The position numbers and the translations under genes were made by a program. This document shows, in pieces, positions 11,235 to 22,776 of a stretch of 35,531 nt of DNA. The first letter of the stretch is position 1. Every line of letters begins with the position of its first letter. The notes under the pieces were generated by a model that worked only from the letters and a program-made list of their open reading frames with translations, did not search any database and was not told the origin of the DNA. This DNA is from Octopus bimaculoides (Eukaryota), in the NCBI RefSeq assembly GCF_001194135.2, contig NC_068997.1:9584344-9619874 (forward strand). The letters run 5' to 3'.

Positions 11235-11465
11235 ATGTATGTGTCTTTGTATCTGTGTTTGTCCCCCCAACATCGCTTGACGACCGATGCTGGTGTGTTT
11301 ATGTCCCCGTAACTTAGCGGTTCGACAAAAGAGATCGACAGAATAAGTACTAGGCTTCCAAAGAATAAGTCCTGGGGTCGATTTGCTCAACTAAAAGGCG
11401 GTGCTCCAGCATGGCCGCAGTCAAATGACTGAAACAAGTAAAAATAAAATAAAATAAAATAAAAT
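11087..11465 (+). mobile_element. SINE of the 27539-27940 family, 5'-truncated at the B box, with (AAAAT)n tail
   Basis: GGTTCATTCCCACTGCGTGGCACCTTGGGCAAG ... GGCGGTGCTCCAGCATGGCCGCAGTCAAATGACTGAAACAAG(TAAAA)n; preceded by (TG)n at 11025-11080. Confidence 0.88.
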
Positions 11466-11904
11466 AGTATATAATATATGTATGTATTTATGTATGTGTG
11501 TATATGTGTATGTATATATAGTTTATTGTTTGATAAGAATAAATTAGCCCCTCCCCCCGCCTTCCTGGTAAACAAGTTCTCTTTTTGTAAACTCTTGAGA
11601 AAACAATAGAGATAACACTTTAATTTGACCTCGACAAAAGAATTTAAAGTAATTTACAAGTGGCCCTCACCTATGACTGCTGACAACATCAGGATATAAA
11701 TCATATTGATGAAACCCTCCTCCTTCCCCATCGTCATTATTTTTGTTTGGATTTTTTTTTTTGTTATTTTCTTTTTTCTTTTTTGCTTTGTTTTAAGGGA
11801 TAGCATGAGTGAGACACTATATCTCATTATCTATCTTGATCCATTTAGAGGTCATACTGATCGCAGCCTCTCCTTGTCTGAGAAAGCCGGTCCTATATAA
11901 TTTC

Positions 11905-12158
11905 TTGCTGGTCAAGCTGCACAGATGATTTGTTTATAGGGATTAAATGTTCGGGCTGCACATTAGCTCATTCTCTCCATCAAATCAACATTGCTCGTAC
12001 AGGTGCACAAGAAGGCCACACGTTAGGGGTCGAAATGATTGTAGAACAATGCAAGATGAAGTGTTTTGCTCAAAAACACAACACACCACCCAGTCCAGGA
12101 ACTGAAACCGCAATCTCATGATCATGAGTGCAACACCTTAACCATTAAGCCATGCACC
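11905..12158 (-). mobile_element. tRNA-headed SINE, second family
   Basis: Reverse complement head TGCATGGCTTAATGGTTAAGG ... GCGGTTTCAGTTCC; body shared with 22540-22776. Confidence 0.65.
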
Positions 12159-14468
12159 CTAAAAGGCCATATTACATGCAGAACAATTGAAAACAACATT
12201 ATATATTTATTTTAAGCTGAATTGAAAACAGAAATATTTTTTTTCATTTATATATAAATGCATAAATAAAAAATGTAACCTTAATGACTCGTTAAACAAT
12301 CTCGCCATTAAACGAAGAGTTCACAGGAAGCAAAACAACAACAATTACATTTATATTCCTTTCACACTTATAATACAAAGTAACCTAAAACAAAACACGT
12401 AATTATCTCAAGGCCATCAAAGAGCCTTGATTGGCTAATCATATTGTGATGGTCACATAAGCAAAGCACACTTCATATAAATTTCAATTAATTTGTAAGT
12501 TCATATGAAACTATAATGAATTCATACAAATGCACTAAAGAAGTTCAATTTCCTTTGATAATTTCAAAGGGAAATTATTGAAACGTGTGTGTATGCATGT
12601 GTGTGTGTGTGTGTGTGCATTTATGTGTACATGTGTTGTGTGTGAGTGTATATAATTACCATTCTGACACATGACTGTATTGATTTCATAAGTAAACGAA
12701 AAACTCTAAAATTTATGGAAGAAGGAAAATGAGACTGCATGGCATTCATGCCTTTTCTCCAAAAGGCATTTTGTGATGTAATGTGAAATGTTCTGACTAC
12801 AACCAAGAATTGATCCTGGCTTCTGGTATCAGCTCTGTTCAATGGCAGTCACCAAGTCACCACTGACGTACGAATCTATATTTACGTGTTACTGTATCAA
12901 TGTAACACATAATAAATATTATAGCATTCATTAGGCTATTAATTCTCAAAGCATGCATAACAACGTTTTCAAATACTGCTGTTGCTGTTATGAAATGACA
13001 GTATTTCATGGCTACGTTTTCCATGTTTTGTTGCAGTAAAACCTCAGCAATAGATTCATAATTTAAACATAATATGCTTATCTATAAATCAAATATACTT
13101 TCAGAACACAACACAAATCAACAAAATCACATACAAATCTACAGGAAGTTTTAATCACATGATAGCTGTACTTCCTGTTGCAGGCTGCTTTAAGCTGGTT
13201 GACCTTAATATAATCATGCACATTTATAGACTGAATGTCAGCAGCTAATGTACCATCAGTGCCAGAGGAAATAGCACAATGGGTAATAACGCTAACCTCA
13301 TACTTCAATCAACACCAGTAAAATATGCTGTGTCATAGAAAGAGAAGATGGGAATGGTAGCTGTAAATGATGCAGAGATCTTTTTGTGTAGCATGGTGAA
13401 AAATACAACAGCAAAGTCAAAATAACCACAATTTGTTTTTTTTTTTTGTTTAAATTTTCACTAAAAACATTTATTTTTATCAAGTGTTATATGATGACGA
13501 GATATTAAAGGGAAATAAAATAAACCTGATAGTAAATGAAGATTATTTGTATTTAGATATAATACAGCAGACAAATGTACGTGTGTTCAATTGCAACAAT
13601 TAGCAATATTCTACATTAATTAAGGTCAGAAGGAGAATTGCCTGAAGATATAATATTGGAGAAGCTGTAGCAAAAATTGACAATTTTCATGTTATTATGG
13701 TTGAGTTGAATAGCAAGTAAAACATATTTAGAAACATTGCAGTATGAATGGGTGAGATGGAGCGTACACAAACAACACTGTGATTCTGATGAAATCTATA
13801 AAACTAGATAACATTTGTTAAAATTACTCAAGTCAATTGCTAATACATAACAGAGGAAAAGTTCTATAGATTTTAAGCTCTGCAACTGTAAAAGGTTTAT
13901 AAATAAATCAGAGGAACAGCTGTAATGCAGACTATTTTAATCTATTTATTATGTAGATTTCTGCAATCAATTCGAAAAACAAAAACAACAATCAAAACCA
14001 GAAAAAGACAAAATGGTAAGTTGGGGGGGAGACAAAAGAGTGGAGAAACAATGGAGGGATAAAGCTAATAGACCAGTTAATGAGAACAGTAGATATATAT
14101 TCACAATGAAACAAAATTAAGATAGATGCCATTCATTTCAGTCGTTACATACAACGAATGAGGATCCACGAATGTATTATTCCTAATTAGTGTTACTATG
14201 TTGTCAGAAGTGACAGATATTTTAATCATGAATTCTCTTTATAGTTAGAGAATTTAGATAAAGTGTCCGTGTGGTTCCAACATTTCAACATTTCCCTCAG
14301 TTTTCATTTTGTTGTCACAGTCAAGGAGGAAATGTCAAAGTCATGTACTAAAAGACTGAATACAATGATTCTGTTGCCTTTTTCGAAAGAATTATGTTAT
14401 TTAGTTGAAATTCAGTGAAAGATACTATTCAATTTGTTTTGTTCTTGACTGAGGAATGGAGAAGTACA

Positions 14469-14627
14469 CATCATCATCATCATCATCATCGTTTAACGTC
14501 CGCTTTCCATGCTAGCATGGGTTGGACGATTTGACTGAGGACTGGTGAAACCGGATGGCAACACCAGGCTCCAATCTACTTTGGCAGAGTTTCTACAGCT
14601 GGATGCCCTTCCTAACGCCAACCACTC
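14469..14627 (-). mobile_element. Young-looking, severely 5'-truncated RTE 3' tail with (GAT)7 end
   Basis: CpG-retaining copy (CATCAT...CGTTTAACGTCCGCTTTCCATGCTAGCATGGGTTGGACG...CCTTCCTAACGCCAACCACTC) closely matching the reverse complement of 28440-28586. Confidence 0.85.
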
Positions 14628-14714
14628 TATTATAAAGAATTACAATATTATAATATATCATACAGTAAGAATAGTGAACTGGGAGAACCAGTAGATTACA
14701 AAACAACTTGCAAT

Positions 14715-14875
14715 ATTTTGTCATATCCTTTTACATTTTGAGTTCAATTCTCAGCCAGGTTCACTTCACTTTCAGCATAAAATAAGGTTTGGGTCTAGAA
14801 CTACAATCAATTTAATCAACTGTTACCTACCCTAATAAAAATTTGCGGTCTTGTGCTTACTTTAGAAATCATTAC
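14715..14875 (+). mobile_element. Degenerate SINE of the 20375-21045 family
   Basis: TTTGAGTTCAATTC ... AAAATTTGCGGTCTTGTGCTTACTTTAGAAATCATTA resembles the B-box and tail of the 20826-21045 copy. Confidence 0.5.
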
Positions 14876-14889
14876 TATACTATATACGT

Positions 14890-15090
14890 GAATGATGACA
14901 AAAGAACTTCGACGAACTGAGTTGATTGATTAATTGACCAAATTGACCAAACAATCAATCAAATAATCAATTAGTAAATTGATTCAATATTGAACTAGTT
15001 AATTAACACTGTTAAAAGAAGTGAAATAGAACCAGTGCGTATGTGTTTACAATTTGCATAATGACCCTCCTGAGATACAACAAAATCTGT
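14890..15090 (+). repeat. Unclassified dispersed repeat, copy 2
   Basis: Collinear with 7640-7830. Confidence 0.6.
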
Positions 15091-15202
15091 TTCAACAAAG
15101 AATTCACATCAGGAATCCTGCAAACCGAATCCTAAAATGAAGTACAAAATGAAATTATCACAAAACACAATTTTTTTCTCTGAAAACATTTTATCAAGTT
15201 CT

Positions 15203-15543
15203 ATCATGAACATGGCCTGGCTCTCTGTCACTAACAATGGTGAGTGTTCCAGTTGAGCCAATCAACAACAGAACAGCCAGCTCAAGAAATTAATGTGCAA
15301 GTAGCTGAGCACTTGGCAAACATACTTAGCCATAACGTAGTTCTTGGGGAGATTCAGTGTGATATAGAATGTGACAAGGCTGGCCCCTTTTGAATTACAG
15401 GTACAATTCATTTTTGCCAGCCAAATGGATTGGAACAACATGAAATAAAGTGTCTTGCTCAAGGACACAAACATGCCACCAGGAATCAAACTCGTGACCT
15501 TACAACAACAGGCCAAATATCCTAACCACTAAGTCGGGTACCT
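15203..15543 (-). mobile_element. tRNA-headed SINE
   Basis: Reverse complement head GACTTAGTGGTTAGG (A box), GAGTTTGATTCC (B box), then TGTGTCCTTGAGCAAGACACTT core block. Confidence 0.75.
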
Positions 15544-16879
15544 TCATAGATCATGAACATAAACTGAACTAATCTCACAAATCTTGGAGGGATCATGAAG
15601 ATCATGGGCATGGTCCCTTTTCTTAACTAAGGCATGGGAAAAAAATTATATAATTTGCAACAGAGAGAGCAATGAAGAAATTAGAAGTAAATGGTCCATT
15701 AAATAAGAATGCTGTTAAATCTATAGACAAGGTTTGCTAAAAGTTGTTTGAAACATAATAATGGATAATAACCAAAGCGCTAACAACAAAATTAAATATT
15801 GGACACTTTGGTAGTTCTACAGGCAGAATAGTGAGTCTTTCATGCAGAATCAATTAAAATAAATCAAGTATAAATAGGAAATATAAATAGGTTCAAAACC
15901 GAAATTAATCAAAATAGACATAAAATTCTTTTAGTGTGTATTAGGAAACACAGTGAGAAAAAGGTAGCTAAGGTAAGGGTTTAATATTGTTCAATCACTG
16001 AAAGAGTCCACAAAATAGCGAAAGACATAATAAGCCTATCAGGTTCTTTGACAGTGAACCATCAGTTATAGAGCTCTGAATACTTTCATAAAAGACAAGG
16101 CACATAATTCAAGTCCAAGACAATTGCTCATTGACTAAGTAAATAAAGATAATTGTTTAGGAAACCTAATTAGTATTGATAAAGCAATTGTATTACAATT
16201 GTATAACAACCACATTTCATAGTAGTTCTAAATTTAGAGAAATTTTGCTTTTGTTCTGACCAATCAAAAAACAAAACAAAAAAACAAACAAGAAAAACTT
16301 AGTCATTGTTGATGTTTAGCCTCTAATGATGGAGTAGACCTCTGATCAAATCTGTTTCATTCATGATCAGTTCATTATTTTTGCAGACAGTCTATAAGCA
16401 AGCAACCAGCAAAACAAAACACAAATATATATATATATATATACTCCCAACCTACACAAACTTTCAATTAGATACATCATAGAAATACCACCCACCACTC
16501 CAATGACAACCCTGATACAAACATAGAAGTAACTACATGCAAAGATCAGGTACCTCTCCATCAGTCATGCCATTCATCATGCTAATAATGGCAGCCCTTG
16601 GCACAGCAAGCCTGCTGGATGGTTGGCTGCTGGTTCCCCTTCCCCTAAAATACTCAAACAAAAGTAAAAATCCCAGATGTATGCAGTACCCTATTGTCTT
16701 TAGCTTTGTAAAGGCAGCAGCTGATTATTGGAGCTAAAGAATTATCCAACTTTGATGAAAGGTATTTTGGGAATGTAATATGAGTTTACCCCAAGACAAT
16801 TGTAGATTGACAAGAATTGTAGATTGACAACAATCTAAGAGATTCAAATCAGAAGTGACAAATGATCCAATGTTCACAT

Positions 16880-17030
16880 AAGTCTCCCAGGTCTTACTGG
16901 ACTTAAGCTGCCCTCTCCTCATCATGTGGTACTGGTACCTGATGTCCTCATACGCCACACATCTAATAATGGACTCTACCACCTTGAGCTACTTGGCTCT
17001 GATCCTTATTGACCCCAAAGGGGTTATCAT
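16880..17030 (-). mobile_element. Possible very old RTE ORF2 C-terminal remnant
   Basis: RAK*LK...IIR and RRGQLKSSKTWE loosely resemble RLRW.GH..R and RGRP.KTW; weak match. Confidence 0.3.
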
Positions 17031-17624
17031 TGATGAGTCTTAGACTTGCTGGATAAACTTGGCTGTTCCAACAACATCAGATCATTGAGAATGTTTCTTT
17101 CTCTTGGCTGTGGACGACACATCCATCCTGGTTAGAGGCTTCCAACTGTCCTGTTATGACTACATTAAAAAAAAATGGTAATCTCCAAGACACTGAAGTT
17201 AGCACCTAAAGCACTTTCAAGCACTTTCAGCTTTTTTCATTTCCTGTATCACGTTCAAATCTGCCAGGAAAAGAGGATTCTTTAGTCTTGCTAAGAACAA
17301 GGCATCTGCCTTAGAGTTGGCACCATGATGAAATACACCAAGCAAATTCTATAAAGTTATTGGTGAATGAAAGGAAACAATGTAGGGTAGAGAGGACTCC
17401 TTAATCTTGCCAAAGATATGACAACCTCTCTAGTGCTAGTATCACAATAAAATGCACCTGGAACATTCTGTAAAATGGTTGTCTTTATACACCATGCCAA
17501 AGAGTGATTGCACAAGCAAGATGTTCCTGATCTGTTAAGCAGGGAACAGTAATTCTAAATTAGAATTGACTGGAAATGTAATGACACATGCCAGCATGGA
17601 AATGTGGTTGCGAAGTGATAATTA

Positions 17625-17963
17625 ATGGCTGTGTGGTAAAGAAGCTTGCTTTTCAATCATGGGGACTGAGGTTCAGTCCCGGTGTCTGTTACCTTGTACA
17701 AATATCTTCTACTGTAGCCCCTGGTCAACTAATGCAATGTATGTGGATTTGGTAGACAGAAACTAAAAGAAGCCTACATATATGAGAGAGAGAGAGAGAG
17801 CATACCTTCGCCTAGACATCAGGTGTTGATTATAAATGAACATCACCATCATACCAGCAATGAAAAACATGTCTACCTATAGGAAAATATTACTTTGCTT
17901 GGAAACAGGTGAAAGTTGGCAGCAGGAAGGGCATCCAGCTGTAGGAAATCTGGTGACGATGAT
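17625..17963 (+). mobile_element. SINE: tRNA head/core, (GA)n, and RTE-like tail
   Basis: ATGGCTGTGTGGTAA A box, GGTTCAGTCCC B box, GGATTTGGTAGACAGAAACT core, tail CAGGAAGGGCATCCAGCTGTAGG...GATGAT. Confidence 0.75.
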
Positions 17964-18843
17964 ATATATATATAGTTGTACTCTGCAACTCTTGGTGGAT
18001 GATTTCTATTGCTGTTTGTCTTCTGTGTGCCTCTATGCATGTGTGTGCCTCTGTGCATGTGTGTGCCTCTGTGTGTGTGAGCATGTGCATGTAAGTATAA
18101 GTGTTGTAAGAGTTGGAATTGGTTTTAAATGTGAAAGAAGGAACAGAATGAAATCAATGAGGGGAGAGGGGGGAGATTTAGATGGTTTAGTTCAGATATA
18201 TAATAAACGCTGAGTGATGAAACCATGTAAGATAGTTCAAAGAAGTTAAGTTAAACAGAAGCTACATGAAGGTGGGGCAAATCAGTCTAAACATCCCCAC
18301 CACCACCACCAAAAAAAAAAAAGAAATAGAGAAAAAAAAGAAGCAAAGCAAATTATTATTCCTTGATATTTGAATATTTGTGAACAGTTTGGAAATTTTG
18401 TTTAAAAGGAGAAAAGATATTTCATTTCTGCAAATTTAAAATGTTGGCTTTCTGTCAGCTTAAATACAACACTGCCTGGCATAGAGATTAACATCAGCAG
18501 TGACACTAAAATAGCCAAAACAAGTTTAGAGATAATTCACTTGTAAAGACCTGGTATTAATTCTTCCAATCAAATCAATATAATATAGAGAATAGAATGG
18601 GAGTTGGATGGAAATGGTGAGTGGCGGAAGGGGTTAGGGAAGAAGGAATTTTCAGCATTTAGCTTATAGAATAATTGAATATAATCAGTGGAATATCAGG
18701 AGACTAGTCACTGGTGGGCTGCATCAGAAGGAGTCAATAAATAAGAAAAAAATTACTTACATTAGTATATTGTTAAGAGAGGATACTTCTGTCTGATACA
18801 TACACGCATGCATGTATATATACATACATACATACATATACAT

Positions 18844-18898
<55 letters not shown>

Positions 18899-19539
18899 CA
18901 TATTAATATATATACACACACACACATATATATATATACATACACATATGTATAGTAGATATTTTCTCCCCTTTCAGCAACCAAATGAACCACTTTTCAA
19001 TATTTTACCTTCTTTATTTTTTTTTTTCGCTTCATCTTATTGGATAAAAAGCTAGTCAACACACACCATAAACTAAACAACATCTAAAATACCATCATCA
19101 TCATCATTTTTATGTCCATTTTCCTATGCTTTTACAAGTTTGACAAATCCCGCTCTCTCTCTCATATATATATATATGAAGCTCAAGGTTGAATAACCAA
19201 AAGCAGAAACCTGGTTTGTGGATATCCGTAATTGCATAATATTTTTATTTGTGTTGTTAAATGTTTTAATTCGGTCTGTTTTCCTCGCATACTGTTTTTC
19301 TCTGTTATATTGGTGCGCTACGGTGGATTATTTAAGACTTGGCTCTTATTTCTAGCAGATAGATGCTCATTAAGCATCATTACAATATTTCATAGCTCGA
19401 TAAAGCTATCATAACTGTGTTCCACCAATGCTACTACTGGTGATATCATCAAATTTTGAATTTATCCACAGATGATATGAACAGTAGTGACATCTAACTT
19501 CAAATCTCAGTGTTTGAATATTTCATTTAAATATATATA

Positions 19540-19890
19540 NNNNNNNNNNNNNNNNNNNNNNNNNNNNNNNNNNNNNNNNNNNNNNNNNNNNNNNNNNNNN
19601 NNNNNNNNNNNNNNNNNNNNNNNNNNNNNNNNNNNNNNNNNNNNNNNNNNNNNNNNNNNNNNNNNNNNNNNNNNNNNNNNNNNNNNNNNNNNNNNNNNNN
19701 NNNNNNNNNNNNNNNNNNNNNNNNNNNNNNNNNNNNNNNNNNNNNNNNNNNNNNNNNNNNNNNNNNNNNNNNNNNNNNNNNNNNNNNNNNNNNNNNNNNN
19801 NNNNNNNNNNNNNNNNNNNNNNNNNNNNNNNNNNNNNNNNNNNNNNNNNNNNNNNNNNNNNNNNNNNNNNNNNNNNNNNNNNNNNNNNNN
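19540..19890. other. Assembly gap (N run)
   Basis: Run of N. Confidence 1.
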
Positions 19891-19974
19891 ATATATATAT
19901 ATATATATATATATATATACTCCTTTCTCTCTCCCCCTCTCTCACTATATATATATATATATATATATGTATAT

Positions 19975-20005
<31 letters not shown>

Positions 20006-20374
20006 CATGTTGATAGTCAAAGAGGACTTTCACTTATAAAATAGAAAAGAAATACTTTAAAAAAAGTATAAAACATAACTTATGTTAATATTCTGTTTGC
20101 TAAATTGATATCCAAGAGATAGATTGAACATCAAAATAAACTCGAAATGAAAGTAACATATTTAAACATCGACAATGATGAAGAGCTGAGTGTACAAACT
20201 AGATAAGATACAAGAATACGATATGGTGATAGCAACATAGTTTGCATGATATATGAAAACACAGAGGTTAAGGTACGGAGAAAGAGAGGTATAAGTAAAA
20301 TCAAGGGTTTAGGAACATAGAGTAATAACAGGGAGAGAATTTATTGGGAAACATTCAATTAAAAAAGAAAAGAG

Positions 20375-21045
20375 AATAATCTTTTCTGTTCTGGACACAA
20401 GGCCTGAAATTTGGGGGGTGGGGGAGGACAGTTGATTATATTGACTCCTGTATGCAACTGGTACTTAATTTAATGACTCCAAACGGATGAAAGGCAAAGT
20501 CGACCACGGCGGAATTTGAACTCAGAACATAAAGACAGACAAAATACTGCTAAGCATTTCGCCCAGTGTGCTAACATTTCTTATTTCTTTATTGCCCACA
20601 AGGGGCTAAACATAGAGGGGACAAACAAGGACAGACAAAGGGATTAATTCAATTACATCGACCCCAGTGCGTAACTGGTACTTAATTTATTGACCCCAAA
20701 AGGATGAAAGGCAAAGTCGACCTTGGCAGAATTTGAACTCAGAACGTCATAGCAGATGAAATACTGCTATGCATTTCGACCGGCGTGCTAACATTTCTGC
20801 CAGCTCGCCGCCTGAGAAAAAGATTAATAATTTTTTCTACTCTAGGCACAAGGCCTGAAATTTTGGGGAAGGGGGCCATTCGATTAGATCAAATCCAATA
20901 TGCAACTGGTACTTAATTTATCGACCCAGAAAGGATGAAAGGCAACGTCGACCATGGCGGAATTTGAACTCAGAACATAAAGACAGACAAAATACTGCTA
21001 AGCATTTCAGCCAGCATGCTAACATCTCTGTCAGTTTGTCGCCTT
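20375..21045 (-). mobile_element. Head-to-tail trimer of tRNA-headed SINEs (units 20826-21045, 20582-20813, 20375-20581)
   Basis: Each unit carries reverse complement GAGTTCAAATTC (B box) followed by GTCGAC(T/G)TTGCCTTTCATCC...AAATTAAGTACCAGTT. Confidence 0.88.
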
Positions 21046-21339
21046 ACAAAGAAATTAATTATGATAAAAGAATGGATGGGTAAAGAACCAATCCAAGAAA
21101 CTAAATATAAAAATTACTATAATACTATAAGAAATGAGTTGACTTAGTTCTTCATGTTACTCAAAGTTTTATGAACGTCTTTTCATTTCCATGAAACTTG
21201 AAGAAACATGAGGAGTCAAGCCAACTTGTTATTCAATAAATGTGACTGTGTATGTTGAGTGCTACTTCCGTTTGTTTGTTAATCTACTTGTGTGCACATA
21301 TATATATATATTAAAATACAGATGTAGATTACATGAAGG

Positions 21340-21900
21340 CCCTCGGTGTACCTTGATGCAAATAACCTAACCATTTGCAATATGAACTTCAGGAAGCTGG
21401 CTAGCCATCTAAATACCAACCACTTATGTGAACAAGCAAGCCAGATACCAGACAGACTGCTTACTCACCAAGATTCGAGATAGGTTGTTGGTTGTGAATA
21501 TTATGTCATTGCCAGTGAAGAATGTATCACTCAACATAAGCTGGTGAATGGTAACCTTGTGATAAATGTTAAACAGATCCAGAAACACAAGATAACTTGG
21601 AGAAGGAAGACATGGAAGCTGAAGAATCTCTTCAAAGAGGTACTATTTGACATGAATGATGGGAAGGTAGAAAAGACAAAGACTTATAACAGAGAGGAAA
21701 ACTAAGAGTTTCTGTGGGACAAGGTACTAGAAGCCACAGACCAAATCTGTGGATGGAGTGAGGCTGCAACAGATGGAAGGTAACACAAGGGAGGAATGGT
21801 ACCATAGATAGAGCTGTAAAATCAATGATACAGGCCTGGAAGCAGAAGAAAATGAGAAGCTAAGAAGCATGAAACAATGCCAGTATGGACAGAAGTTGAA
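21340..21900 (+). mobile_element. RTE-clade LINE ORF2 fragment (end of AP endonuclease plus linker), degenerate
   Basis: From 21355: DANNLTICNMNFRKLASHLNT...ASQI...SEECITQHKLV...WRRKTWKLK...EFLWDKVLEATDQICGW, with in-frame stops and later frameshifts. Confidence 0.85.
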
Positions 21901-22064
21901 AGGAAAAGGTTTGCTGATCTTCTGCAATGACAGAATCAGAAATGTGATGGACAGTTTGTCAACACGAATGAAGACATTTTGTGGGAAAATGTGATCAACT
22001 CTTCGAATTAGAAGTATAGTCCATCTGAAAATCTTTTATAGTTTCTGTCTACTCAATTTAATTT

Positions 22065-22180
22065 ACAAGGCCTGAGTCAACCTGTGGCAATGGTAAAAGA
22101 CACTTGCTCAAAATGCCATATAGCAGGATTGAACATAGCACCTTGTGATTGTGAAGCAAATTTCCAAATCATTTGGCCAT
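22065..22180 (-). mobile_element. Degenerate SINE head/core fragment
   Basis: AAAAGACACTTGCTCAAAATGCCATATAGCAGGATTGAAC is the reverse complement of the GTTCAGTCCCACTGCGTGGCACCTTGGGCAAGTGTCTT-type block. Confidence 0.55.
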
Positions 22181-22190
22181 GTTACCACAC

Positions 22191-22264
<74 letters not shown>

Positions 22265-22421
22265 NNNNNNNNNNNNNNNNNNNNNNNNNNNNNNNNNNNN
22301 NNNNNNNNNNNNNNNNNNNNNNNNNNNNNNNNNNNNNNNNNNNNNNNNNNNNNNNNNNNNNNNNNNNNNNNNNNNNNNNNNNNNNNNNNNNNNNNNNNNN
22401 NNNNNNNNNNNNNNNNNNNNN
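22265..22421. other. Assembly gap between (TG)n and (TA)n
   Basis: Run of N. Confidence 1.
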
Positions 22422-22474
<53 letters not shown>

Positions 22475-22539
22475 CACACACAGACATCTAGGACTCTTGT
22501 CGTTAGCCAATGGTTGAGTGTTTTGTGATTCCTTGTTGA

Positions 22540-22776
22540 ACAGCCTGCACATACAATTTATGCATAGCGATCAAATGTCTGCACTGCACAAAAGCTCACT
22601 GCAGCCACCAAATCGACACAGTGTCTGAATGGTGTGTCACAATATCAGATGGTGAAGCAGAAAAACACAAGAGGAAATGTTTTACTCAAGGACACAATAT
22701 ATTGCCTGGTTCAGAAATCGAACCCATAATCTCTTGGTCATGAGTGCAATACCTGAACCATTAGGCCATGCACCTT
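22540..22776 (-). mobile_element. tRNA-headed SINE, same family as 11905-12158
   Basis: Reverse complement head GGTGCATGGCCTAATGGTTCAGG ... GGGTTCGATTTC, and TGTGTCCTTGAGTAAAAC core. Confidence 0.7.

Noticed and set aside
11671-11792. Minus-strand open frame ending at a TAG|GTGAGG donor (…GFHQYDLYPDVVSSH)
   Set aside because: The upstream sequence on that strand is A-rich with no pyrimidine-rich acceptor, so it is unsupported as an exon.
13491-13529. ATGATGA...CTGA as a C/D box snoRNA
   Set aside because: Only 39 nt long, with no convincing terminal stem or antisense element.
16798-16830. 17-bp-period tandem duplication (AATTGTAGATTGACAA x2)
   Set aside because: An ordinary small slippage duplication with nothing further to support a function.
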